A stretch of 19,218 nt of DNA. Source: Candidatus Thorarchaeota archaeon (lineage in GTDB: Archaea > Asgardarchaeota > Thorarchaeia > Thorarchaeales > Thorarchaeaceae). The notes under the pieces are model-generated. The model made no database searches. It was not told where the DNA came from and worked only from the letters and a program-made list of their open reading frames with translations. The position numbers and the translations under genes were made by a program. Positions 8,171 through 16,461 of the stretch are shown in pieces; the stretch's first letter is position 1, and every line of letters starts with the position of its first letter. The stretch spans positions 1 to 19,218 of the forward strand of contig PRDJ01000066.1 of NCBI GenBank assembly GCA_003345555.1, written 5' to 3'.

Positions 8171-8614
8171 CTATCCCGGACGAACTCTTGAGTCGACGCT
8201 AAGGAACAGCATAGCGTCGTGCGAAGCAGGATTCTCTAATGCATCAGTGAACATCGCCAAGAGCGCATCGGGCTGAATCTGATGCAATTCCTCCTTGTCC
8301 GTTCCTACGATTCGCAGGTTCTCGTAAACCCCTGCTTCAACGAGCATGTGGAAGTCTCCCTGCTCACCATGCGCTCCTAGAACCAGAAAGTCGGCAAAAT
8401 CCTTGAATTCGTCCTTAGGCCCTTTGAGAGTGGCCCTGATTCGCTGAACCCTGCCCTCCTCAATCATTGTCTTGAGCAGGTATGCTCTAATGATCTTGTT
8501 TCCGACTTTTCTTCGGATATCAAAGAACGTCCTAACATTCCCGTCCTCTGACTTCAGCCTCCACGTGCCCGCACTACTCATCATGACATCAACAGGACTG
8601 TCTTCGCAACTCAT
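8171..8614 (-). CDS. Hypothetical protein
   Basis: 147-aa ATG ORF with globular composition that fills the gap between neighbours. No family recognised. Confidence 0.6.
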   Translation of the reverse strand: MSCEDSPVDVMMSSAGTWRLKSEDGNVRTFFDIRRKVGNKIIRAYLLKTMIEEGRVQRIRATLKGPKDEFKDFADFLVLGAHGEQGDFHMLVEAGVYENLRIVGTDKEELHQIQPDALLAMFTDALENPASHDAMLFLSVDSRVRPG

Positions 8615-8718
8615 ATAGAGCTTGTCGAGACCTATCGCGAATCCAACAGCTCAAAATACATTTATCTGCTGGTAGACAATCAGCAGCCACTAACTGAACC
8701 GTCTCCGGAGATAAGCAC

Positions 8719-9438
8719 TTGCTGCAGACAATAGACATGGTTGTCCGTGAAATTCACGTGGGCCTTTGGTTCTTGGTAGTTGGCCTGTATTTCTTCCTGT
8801 TTCTATTCATCCTCTTCTTCCGCTGGCGTAGGACGCGAAATCCATTCCAGTTGGCCATGTCATTGTTCTTTCTTCTTCTAGCTGTGGGACGGGTCTTCTA
8901 CTTCATAGCTGATTTCTATGCGGACTCCACTTCGCTCTACGGCGATCTGCCTGGCTTCGGCATTTCGCCCTTGCTTACGAATGGGAGCTGGTTACTGAGC
9001 GCAGGGGCGTTCTTCCAATGGTCCGGGCTTGCGGTATTGTCCGCAACAGCTGCATTCATGATATTCGGGAACAAGCTAGCAGAGCTTCTTTTCGCCATAC
9101 CTGCCTTCTTGATCGCTGTGGTGCTGGCCTTTGTACCAATGGACTCAACCACCAGGATGATAGTTTCAGGCGGGGCGGGAATCATCTACGCGCTCTTCAT
9201 TCCCCTGTTGTTCTGGTACTTGGCATACCAATCAGGCGGTGTGCTCCGACGTTCCAATGCGCTGCTTGGCCTTGGTTTCTTGATAATGTTTGCCGGCCAA
9301 GTCATTTCTGCTGGAAGGCATTTCTTGGCCACTGTAGTATTCGGGTCGTACACGATTCCGGGTATTCTGGCTCCCGGCCTTATCGTGATTAGCCTGATAC
9401 TGATCGCAGTTGCGAACGAATGGGGTCAGACGCAGTAG
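8719..9438 (+). CDS. Integral membrane protein with about 7 predicted TM helices
   Basis: Seven hydrophobic stretches counted by eye. GGAG lies 8 nt before the TTG start. Confidence 0.8.
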   Translation: MLQTIDMVVREIHVGLWFLVVGLYFFLFLFILFFRWRRTRNPFQLAMSLFFLLLAVGRVFYFIADFYADSTSLYGDLPGFGISPLLTNGSWLLSAGAFFQWSGLAVLSATAAFMIFGNKLAELLFAIPAFLIAVVLAFVPMDSTTRMIVSGGAGIIYALFIPLLFWYLAYQSGGVLRRSNALLGLGFLIMFAGQVISAGRHFLATVVFGSYTIPGILAPGLIVISLILIAVANEWGQTQ

Positions 9439-9529
9439 ACTGTTGGTGCGCACTCGGAGGTTGGCATCAGCGTGAGCGACACAGGGATGCTCCTCGAACA
9501 GGAGGATAATGTCACACTGGGATAGACGA

Positions 9530-10186
9530 CTACTCCCCTATCTCCTTCCAGACGAGCATCTTCATGTCCTCAAGTGTCTGCAACGCTTTCTGAACCTGTT
9601 TCAGTGGCATACCCAGCTGGTCAGCAATAGCCTTTGTCGTGAGTCTTCCCTTGCACATTTGGCCTACCTGAAATGCCTCTTGGCTCAGTTGTCCAAGTCT
9701 CACGAGCATTGGCGATACCTTTCCCTTGAGAACGGGCACAATTATCCTCTTCTCCGAAGCATGACCATCCTTTGTGATCTCATCAAGCTTCTTAGTGAAC
9801 TTCTCGAAAGGTTCCAGATTGCCATCCCATTTGGCCAAGACATCACGATAAGTCTCCACAAACTCGTGATTGACATCAGACAATACAGCCATTGCTGCGT
9901 TGCTGTCATCAGTCTTGTCTACCGAGGCGGCGACTATGACATTTTCCCTCAAAGAGAGGCATATGTCAAATGCTCCGAAGTCTATAACATGGACTCTGTT
10001 TCCGTCACTCAGTTCTCGCCCGAACTGGATGAGGGCTGTCAAGAACCCGCTGATTAGATTCGGGTCCATGTCAGCGGTGCCATACTTCCTATCGAGCACA
10101 CACAGACCGCTGTCGGCGATGAGAATGTATACAGCTTGGAGCACACCAGTATTCTCCGTGTTTGAGTCTGGAAAGCGAGTACTCAA
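9530..10186 (-). CDS. Longin-domain protein with C-terminal winged HTH; likely true start GTG 10144
   Basis: AVYILIADSGLCV...DPNLISGFLTALIQFGREL...FVETY..VLAKWDGNLEPFEKF is the Asgard longin pattern. The C-terminus CKGRLTTKAIADQLGMPLKQVQKALQTLEDMKML is an HTH. Confidence 0.8.
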   Translation of the reverse strand: MSTRFPDSNTENTGVLQAVYILIADSGLCVLDRKYGTADMDPNLISGFLTALIQFGRELSDGNRVHVIDFGAFDICLSLRENVIVAASVDKTDDSNAAMAVLSDVNHEFVETYRDVLAKWDGNLEPFEKFTKKLDEITKDGHASEKRIIVPVLKGKVSPMLVRLGQLSQEAFQVGQMCKGRLTTKAIADQLGMPLKQVQKALQTLEDMKMLVWKEIGE

Positions 10187-10267
10187 TGTTGCTTTATATG
10201 ACTTCTCGTGTTCGACTCATGTACCTCTCATACCTTTCCTATGCCATGACTCAATGAGTTGGTTAGC

Positions 10268-10274
10268 TTTTAAA
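10268..10274 (+). promoter_or_regulatory. Putative archaeal TATA box for the tRNA-binding/MazG gene pair
   Basis: TTTTAAA about 38 nt before TTG 10312, with an SD-like GGTGA at 10301-10305. Confidence 0.4.
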
Positions 10275-10311
10275 TGGGAACAGAGAAGATGACACCTCAC
10301 GGTGAAGATGT

Positions 10312-11010
10312 TTGGACACGGCAAAGAATGCCCGGGTTCTGGTTCTTGAGGATGCGCTCAAGCGCCTGAATGAAATCATCACGAGCCGAAGGGTCAGGGT
10401 ACATCTTGACTATAGCGAGCTCACAGATTCCGTCAAGACTGCGGGTGCTCTTCTCTACGAAGTGAAATACTCGTATGTGGAACCGTTGGTGCTCGCAGAC
10501 CTTGATGCCACGAAAAAGCTGGTTGCTGCGATTGATGAGGTCGCTCATATCTATGACAATGCGATAAAATCGAGTTCGTACAAGCCGAAGACAGTGAAGG
10601 AGGTCGAATCTCTGGCCGAGTTGGGCTATTCGTTGCGGATTGTGCAGGGATTCCCGAGGCGGCTCCGGGATTATGGAGATGATGCGGCGTTTGCGATAGA
10701 TATCTTGGCTGTTCAGATCACCGAGACACATCCCTTAGAATCGTCCAAGAATCTGACCGAATGCAGATGCTCTGACGGGTCACGAGTGTGGCACGTCGTC
10801 ACAAACATCAAGGGTCTGAAGCCGGGCATGAAGCTTCCGTGCGCAGTTCTCCCGCCCGTGGAAATGATGGGCGCAGTCAGCGAGGCGATGTTCCTTGGTG
10901 AGGAAGCGCTCCCTGAGTCAACCGAGCTGGGGCCGATACTTGCACCTACGTCGTCTGCCCTCGACCAGGCAAGGGCTCATGTCATGAACATAATGAAGAG
11001 GATGGTCTAA
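10312..11010 (+). CDS. tRNA-binding protein with C-terminal EMAP/Trbp111 OB fold (COG2517-like)
   Basis: N-terminal DTAKNARVLV and YSYVEP. C-terminal HVVTNIKGLKPGMKLPCAVLPPVEMMGAVSEAMFLG. Confidence 0.85.
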   Translation: MDTAKNARVLVLEDALKRLNEIITSRRVRVHLDYSELTDSVKTAGALLYEVKYSYVEPLVLADLDATKKLVAAIDEVAHIYDNAIKSSSYKPKTVKEVESLAELGYSLRIVQGFPRRLRDYGDDAAFAIDILAVQITETHPLESSKNLTECRCSDGSRVWHVVTNIKGLKPGMKLPCAVLPPVEMMGAVSEAMFLGEEALPESTELGPILAPTSSALDQARAHVMNIMKRMV

Positions 11011-11358
11011 GTGGATCTATCGAAGATTCAGGAAATGCTCGCCAAGTTCGAGCAGGAACGCGGTTGGGACAAGTTTCCAGCGTCACAGGTTTTTGCGCAC
11101 TTGATAGAAGAACTTGGGGAGGTGGCGCGACACATAACGGTAGAAGAGGGATACAAGGTTGTAGGAATAGGCCATGAAGCCCCAAAGAAAGAGGATCTGT
11201 CTCGAGAGTTTGCCCAAGTCATCTCGCTGCTGTTTCAGCTCGCAAACCATTATGCGATTGACCTGGAGAAAAGTATCTTCTCAGAGATCAAGATTATGAA
11301 CGAGAGATTCCCAGCTAAGGCGTGGTCTGAGTACATGGAAGGACGCCAGAAGAAGTAG
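11011..11358 (+). CDS. MazG-like nucleotide pyrophosphohydrolase
   Basis: AHLIEELGEVA...REFAQVISLLFQLANHYAIDLE. The GTG start directly follows the upstream TAA. Confidence 0.85.
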   Translation: MDLSKIQEMLAKFEQERGWDKFPASQVFAHLIEELGEVARHITVEEGYKVVGIGHEAPKKEDLSREFAQVISLLFQLANHYAIDLEKSIFSEIKIMNERFPAKAWSEYMEGRQKK

Positions 11359-11384
11359 AGTCCTCGGGTGCCGCAAGTTAGGAT

Positions 11385-11813
11385 CTACTTCGCCTTACTT
11401 GCTTCGAGGGCTTTTTTCGCCATATCTTCAAGATCCTTGGTCGCTTCTAGAAGACCAAGCGCTTTGTTCTGAACTATCTTGATGTTCTTCTCCTTAGCCC
11501 ATTGAGCCAAGCCTGTCACTAAGGGTCCGAGTGCACTCCTTGCCGCTTCTACAGTTCCGACGGCTTTTCCGAGGAGTTCGGTTCCCATTTCCTTCCTCAT
11601 CCCAGCTTCGGCAACCCTCAGCCATACGAGCGCGTGAATCATATACAATGCATCCAGCATCAGTGTGGGCGACTTCGGGTTCTCCTGCACCTTCTTGATT
11701 AGCCTGTCCTGCCGCCCTTCGAACACCTCTTTGAAGTATTCGAACGCTTTCTTGTCATTTCCATGGTCCAGTTCTATGATACCTTTCTGCAACTTCTCGT
11801 CGGTCTCGGACAA
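11385..11813 (-). CDS. Hypothetical all-alpha protein (TPR-like first helix pair)
   Basis: 142 aa, amphipathic helices, with KGIIELDHGNDKKAFEYFKEV. Confidence 0.65.
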   Translation of the reverse strand: MSETDEKLQKGIIELDHGNDKKAFEYFKEVFEGRQDRLIKKVQENPKSPTLMLDALYMIHALVWLRVAEAGMRKEMGTELLGKAVGTVEAARSALGPLVTGLAQWAKEKNIKIVQNKALGLLEATKDLEDMAKKALEASKAK

Positions 11814-12034
11814 ACTGACGCACTCCTATCGTCTGATTCCCGCTGGCTGAGAACCTCTGATGCTATTATGGGTTACTATTATGGGCTTCTTGACCAGAGA
11901 GGCAATCATGTAGGCTATTTCAGGGCTCGGAATGTTTATGACCCCGAGAACGCGGACTTGTAGACTACTGCCATAATCGCCCAAGATGGCTTTGTTAAGA
12001 GCCGATTAGCGAGAACAGATTCGGAGGCTGTCGA

Positions 12035-13627
12035 ATGACCCGCACAAGCTATACTTTCGAGGAACTAAAGAGAACCAATCACCGCGAAATAAAGGAGCTC
12101 CAAGACCGCAAGTTCAAGGCATTCATTAGATACCAGGTCTGGCCCAATCATCCCTACTACCGTCAGATGTTCAAGCGCTTGAATGTGGATCCCTTCAACA
12201 TTACATGTGTTGAGGACTGGGGCAAGTACCAGCTTCCTCTTATCAAGAAGATAGACTACAAAGACAACCTGAGGTCTTTCGTCCTGAACCCATCAGAAGT
12301 TGACGGCGCCCCTCGCCCCCCCGCAGAGATTGTTAGAACCCTGATGTCCTACACAAAGAACGCTGGATATGATGAGGACTACAAGTTCATCCGGGGCAAG
12401 GGTGTTCGGGTCAAGCTTCACGCTGGTGCAAAGAAGGCCATGGAGGATCTGAAGGAACGTATGACTTACCAATACGCTCCGTTGCAGTTCTGGTTGAGTT
12501 CCGGCAGGGCGTCCGGTCTTCCATCACCAGTCTTTCTGACACGTTACGACTACGACTTGCTGAACAGGAACTGCGTCAAGGTCGGACAGATGGCTGTTGA
12601 TCCTTGGGTGAAAGGTGGCTGGGAACTAATCAGTATGAACCTCTTCCCCTACGCTCCTCACCTTGGGTGGTGGGCTGTAAACCTTGGACTGAGGCAGATG
12701 TCCAAGTTCTATGTGGCCACTAGTGCAGGTGGTGCAATTCCAAGCGAGAAGCTTGTCGAGCTTGCAAAGGTCTTCAAGGCCAACGGATTCGCAGGCATGC
12801 CAAGCTACCTGAGAAACCGATTCTTCAGAGCGATGTCAGAAGCAGACTTCCAAGCACCTGAGAAGGTTGTGTTGTTGCTAGCCGGTGAGAAGATCTATCC
12901 TCCAGTTGTTGACGACATGGTCCAGATTCTTAGCAACAAGGGAGCAAAGGAGGTTAGAGTCATTGGAGGCTACGCATCTTCGGAAAGCAAGATTTCATTC
13001 GCAGTACAGTGTGACTACAAAGGCCCGTATCATAATGTGTCACCTCTTGAGATGTCCTTCGAGTTTCTGAGGGTAAACAACGACGGGTCGTATGAATTCG
13101 TGGATGAGACCGAACCTGGACATGTCACTCTCTTCCACATGGACGGCACAGGGACAGTGTTTGAGGGATTCCTGCTGGGTGACACTGCCTCCAAGCACGA
13201 GAATGCTAAATGCCCAATATGTGGTATGGACGGACCATTCTTCTGGGACATAGGCCGCACAAATGATGCACAGGCTCAGATAGCCATCATGGGTTTGGCC
13301 GAGAAGAAAATCAAGGGTGCGACTGTTAACCTGACTGCACTTCGGACCGACATTCTGAATCTCCCGGAGGTCGAGGAGGCCCAAGTCGAGGTTGCGAAGG
13401 AAGATATGAATGATCCGTACAGCATGGATACGCTCAATCTCTACGTGGCTCCAAGCGGTCCCGTGGATGAAGATTACAGACTCCTAATACGCGAGATCCA
13501 ACGCATCACGAAGAGCAGCACGGAAATCACCCCACATGTCTTCATCATAGCCTTTGAAGAGCTAATGGAGAAGGCAGGCGGACTGAAGTTCATGGAAATC
13601 GCAGACGTTCGGCCGAAGCCTGCTTGA
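12035..13627 (+). CDS. Phenylacetate-CoA ligase (PaaK/LuxE)-like adenylate-forming enzyme
   Basis: N-terminal HPYYRQMF...LPLIKK, LSSGRASG (P-loop-like), LLAGE, GGYASSE, LLGD, and C-terminal KIKGATV. SD GGAGG at 12023-12027. Confidence 0.8.
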   Translation: MTRTSYTFEELKRTNHREIKELQDRKFKAFIRYQVWPNHPYYRQMFKRLNVDPFNITCVEDWGKYQLPLIKKIDYKDNLRSFVLNPSEVDGAPRPPAEIVRTLMSYTKNAGYDEDYKFIRGKGVRVKLHAGAKKAMEDLKERMTYQYAPLQFWLSSGRASGLPSPVFLTRYDYDLLNRNCVKVGQMAVDPWVKGGWELISMNLFPYAPHLGWWAVNLGLRQMSKFYVATSAGGAIPSEKLVELAKVFKANGFAGMPSYLRNRFFRAMSEADFQAPEKVVLLLAGEKIYPPVVDDMVQILSNKGAKEVRVIGGYASSESKISFAVQCDYKGPYHNVSPLEMSFEFLRVNNDGSYEFVDETEPGHVTLFHMDGTGTVFEGFLLGDTASKHENAKCPICGMDGPFFWDIGRTNDAQAQIAIMGLAEKKIKGATVNLTALRTDILNLPEVEEAQVEVAKEDMNDPYSMDTLNLYVAPSGPVDEDYRLLIREIQRITKSSTEITPHVFIIAFEELMEKAGGLKFMEIADVRPKPA

Positions 13628-13703
13628 GCTGAATGTCGAGCCGGTTCTGTTATCGGAGCGGTTATAAGAACAAAGTCTGCAAATGACTTTCAGCTGAACC
13701 AAG

Positions 13704-14642
13704 ATGGAGGAGAACACAGGCCCGGGTCCAGCACCCATAGAACCCGGGCGTCCTGAATTCAGAGTGGATGCCGTGGGCTTGGTCTCAAGGACCTTCGGCC
13801 TATGGTCAAGGAGAATCGTCGGTTACATTACCATATCGGCCATAGCGGCAATTGGGCTGACTGCACTCGAGGCTGGCGTTTTCTTGTCCCTGTTTGGTGC
13901 GGCTGGCCTGTCGAATGTCGGCGAGGTTTCGGCTGATCCTTTATCATTTCTGCTGAGTCTCGTGATGTCGACGACGATAACGTCCTTCTTCACTGTCATG
14001 GCCATCCTCATGATTGTGGAGATGGTAGTATACGCGGTCGTCGGTGGCGCCGTGACAAAACTGGCGATGGACAACTACAGTTCGCCGCAAGGTGGGACGG
14101 TAGGGGATAGCGTCTCTTTCGCATTCGGACGAGTACCGACACTCATAGGTTCTCAGCTGGTTGTTAGTCTGATCAGTACTGCGATACTCATTCCTCTTGT
14201 CCTCGTATTGCTCACATTCCTGACCATCGACATATATAGTCCTGAAGCCGTGACATTCGCCTTGTATGCAATTGTCATCATGTTCTTTAGCTTGGCTGCC
14301 GTCTTATACGTCACAATGAGGTTTGCTCCCCTCGTTGCAGTTGTGATCGGTGAAGGGCTGTCCGCCGTAGAATCGATCAAGAGGACCTTTTCATTGACGG
14401 GTCACCGATTCTGGCACATCTTTGGTGCAAGAGTCCTGTTGATGATCATTGTGATGTTGTTTAGCGTAGTCATCACCTTATTTGTCGGCATGATCACATC
14501 CAATGTCGATCCTCTCTATTCGATAGTATACGGCGTAATAGCTGCGTTGTTGCTGAATCCGCTAGACTATGTCTTCCAAGCAGTTCTTTGGAAGGACCTC
14601 TTGGCGAGAGAGGGCATGGAGTCTCAGCAGCAGTTGTGGTAG
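13704..14642 (+). CDS. Multi-pass membrane protein (GPDPase membrane-anchor/YciC-like)
   Basis: About 6-7 hydrophobic segments with the typical spacers DSVSFAFGRVPTLIG and SAVESIKRTFSLTGHRFWHIFG. Confidence 0.7.
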   Translation: MEENTGPGPAPIEPGRPEFRVDAVGLVSRTFGLWSRRIVGYITISAIAAIGLTALEAGVFLSLFGAAGLSNVGEVSADPLSFLLSLVMSTTITSFFTVMAILMIVEMVVYAVVGGAVTKLAMDNYSSPQGGTVGDSVSFAFGRVPTLIGSQLVVSLISTAILIPLVLVLLTFLTIDIYSPEAVTFALYAIVIMFFSLAAVLYVTMRFAPLVAVVIGEGLSAVESIKRTFSLTGHRFWHIFGARVLLMIIVMLFSVVITLFVGMITSNVDPLYSIVYGVIAALLLNPLDYVFQAVLWKDLLAREGMESQQQLW

Positions 14643-14820
14643 TAGCAGCAGTTCTTTCACTACTCCGGCTTAATGCACAATATCACGCAATCGCCCAAGA
14701 GATGCGTGAATACGTTGAACCTCGAACTAGCCAACCATGTATATGGGGCGAAATCCAGTCAAACGGAGATACGATGAGCACACGCGGGAATAGCTCAGAC
14801 CAACGTGTGCTCAACCGTGT

Positions 14821-16152
14821 CTACTTGAGATTGTGCTTCTTTACGAAGTCGGTGAGTACATCAGTGAGGTCTGGCTTGCCGATTTCCTGAAGATCGTACC
14901 TCACTCTTGTGCTTGGCTTGCTGATTCTCAGCAGATGTGTGAGGTCTATTGGAGTGCCGACCACAATGGAGTCAACGTCTGACTTGTTGATTGTTTCCTC
15001 GAGTTCCTGCATTTGCTTCTTACCGTAGCCCATAGCGGGCAACACTTCTCTGACATGTGTGTATTTCTGGAAAGTGTCTCGGATGCTTCCCACGGCAAAC
15101 GGTCTTGGGTCAACGATTGTTCCTCCGTGTTTGCGTGCGGCAATGTAAGCTGCGCCATAGGGCATACCACCATGTGTGACTGTAGGACCATCTTCGATAG
15201 CTATTACTCTCTTTCCTCGGATGACGGAGGCATCTCCGACAGTCAACGGTGAAGCAGCATCTATGATAATCGCACGCGGGTTAGTCTTGGTAATATTCTC
15301 TCTTACCTTCTCGACATTATCGTAGTTGGCCGTGTCTATCTTGTTTATGATCACAACATCGGCCATTCTGAGGTTTGTCTCACCCGGGTAGTAACCGACT
15401 TCATGGCCGGGCCTGTGTGGGTCTGTGATTACAATGTGCAGATCCGGTTTGTAGAATGGGAAGTCATTGTTGCCACCGTCCCAAGTAATAACGTCCGCTT
15501 CCTTTTGCGCCATCTCCAGAATCTTGCCATAGTCAACGCCAGCATAGAGAATAACACCGGCATTAATCATAGGTTCATACTCCTCGCGCTCTTCAATGGT
15601 GCAGTTGTAGCGGTCCATGTCTTCAAGACGAGCATATCGCTGGGCAATCTGAGTTCTCAAGTCAGGATCATATGGCATGGGGTGTCTCACGTTGACGGGC
15701 TTGAGTCCCATCTGTACAAGCAGCGAATTGACTCTTCTTGAAGTCTGACTCTTCCCGCAACCTGTCCTCACGGCACAGACTGCGATTACTGGCTTAGTAC
15801 TCTTCAGCATAGTCGTCGTCGGACCCATAAGACGCATATCTGGACCCGATGAGTTGACCAAGGCTATCTTGTGACCAACTGTATCATATGGCAAGTCCGA
15901 GTATGCTAGAATGCATTGTTGCACGTCGAACTTCTTTATCAACTCAGGCAGTTTCTGTTCGGGGTATATCTTGATGCCCTTTGGATACAGCTTTCCCGCC
16001 AGCTCCGGGGGATAGATTCTGTCTTCAATTCCTGGTATCTGTTCTGCGGTGAAGGCCACAACCTCGTACTGTTCGTTGTCTCTGAAGTGGACATTGAAGT
16101 TGTGAAAGTCGCGGCCTGCTGCTCCCATGATTATGACTTTGATCCTGCTCAT
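14821..16152 (-). CDS. COG2403 P-loop NTPase (often annotated cyclic 2,3-diphosphoglycerate synthase-like); probable arginine synthetase (ArcE) family
   Basis: GAAGRDFHNFN, YPPELAG, Walker A AVRTGCGKSQT, RHPMPY, WDGGNND, and EDGPTVTHGGM. Confidence 0.8.
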   Translation of the reverse strand: MSRIKVIIMGAAGRDFHNFNVHFRDNEQYEVVAFTAEQIPGIEDRIYPPELAGKLYPKGIKIYPEQKLPELIKKFDVQQCILAYSDLPYDTVGHKIALVNSSGPDMRLMGPTTTMLKSTKPVIAVCAVRTGCGKSQTSRRVNSLLVQMGLKPVNVRHPMPYDPDLRTQIAQRYARLEDMDRYNCTIEEREEYEPMINAGVILYAGVDYGKILEMAQKEADVITWDGGNNDFPFYKPDLHIVITDPHRPGHEVGYYPGETNLRMADVVIINKIDTANYDNVEKVRENITKTNPRAIIIDAASPLTVGDASVIRGKRVIAIEDGPTVTHGGMPYGAAYIAARKHGGTIVDPRPFAVGSIRDTFQKYTHVREVLPAMGYGKKQMQELEETINKSDVDSIVVGTPIDLTHLLRISKPSTRVRYDLQEIGKPDLTDVLTDFVKKHNLK

Positions 16153-16200
16153 TCTGTATGCCGCCCTTCATACTTTGAAGTGGTCGCGGGTGGGGCGCTT

Positions 16201-16232
16201 TTGACGACGTAATAAACTATCGGTGTCGTCAA
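16201..16232. promoter_or_regulatory. Perfect 8-bp inverted repeat (putative operator) flanking an AT-rich TATA-like spacer
   Basis: TTGACGAC (16201-16208), a 16-nt spacer, then GTCGTCAA (16225-16232). The spacer reads TTTATTA on the minus strand. Confidence 0.45.
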
Positions 16233-16461
16233 CAGACCATTCGTCTGCGCCGCAGGGGTTGAGATAGAGACCCGACGGTTTGATTGCGCAAACGAGGTCC
16301 TTCCTTAGATGAAACCTTTCGAAAAAACGAGTGGTTGGTTTCTAGAAAACCCATTCGCAAAATCGCAACATACAACACAAACACCTAAATACAACCTGAG
16401 GTGTACAGCAAGAAGAGCTGGTCCGAGGAGATACTGCCGCCGCTGACCTAGGGGTGAAACG

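Noticed and set aside
8719-9438. Rhodopsin or heliorhodopsin
   Set aside because: There is no Lys in helix 7 for a retinal Schiff base and no rhodopsin motifs.
9509-10057. 182-aa plus-strand ORF, and similar overlapping ORFs such as 555..1043, 10297..10731, 15403..15741 and 6598..6921
   Set aside because: These are antisense or out-of-frame shadows of well-supported genes and have no recognisable motifs.
15992-16000. Perfect E2F consensus TTTCCCGCC
   Set aside because: It lies inside the ArcE-like coding sequence (encoding LAGK in the conserved PELAG region). One such match in 19 kb is compatible with chance.
14821-16152. cpgS (cyclic 2,3-diphosphoglycerate synthetase) as the gene symbol
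   Set aside because: The N-terminal motif fits the paralogous AAGRDFHNFN clade, and no 2-phosphoglycerate kinase gene is adjacent.
16153-16461. tRNA, CRISPR array or structured ncRNA in the longest intergenic region
   Set aside because: No cloverleaf or T-loop signature and no regularly spaced repeats; only short palindromes, reported separately.
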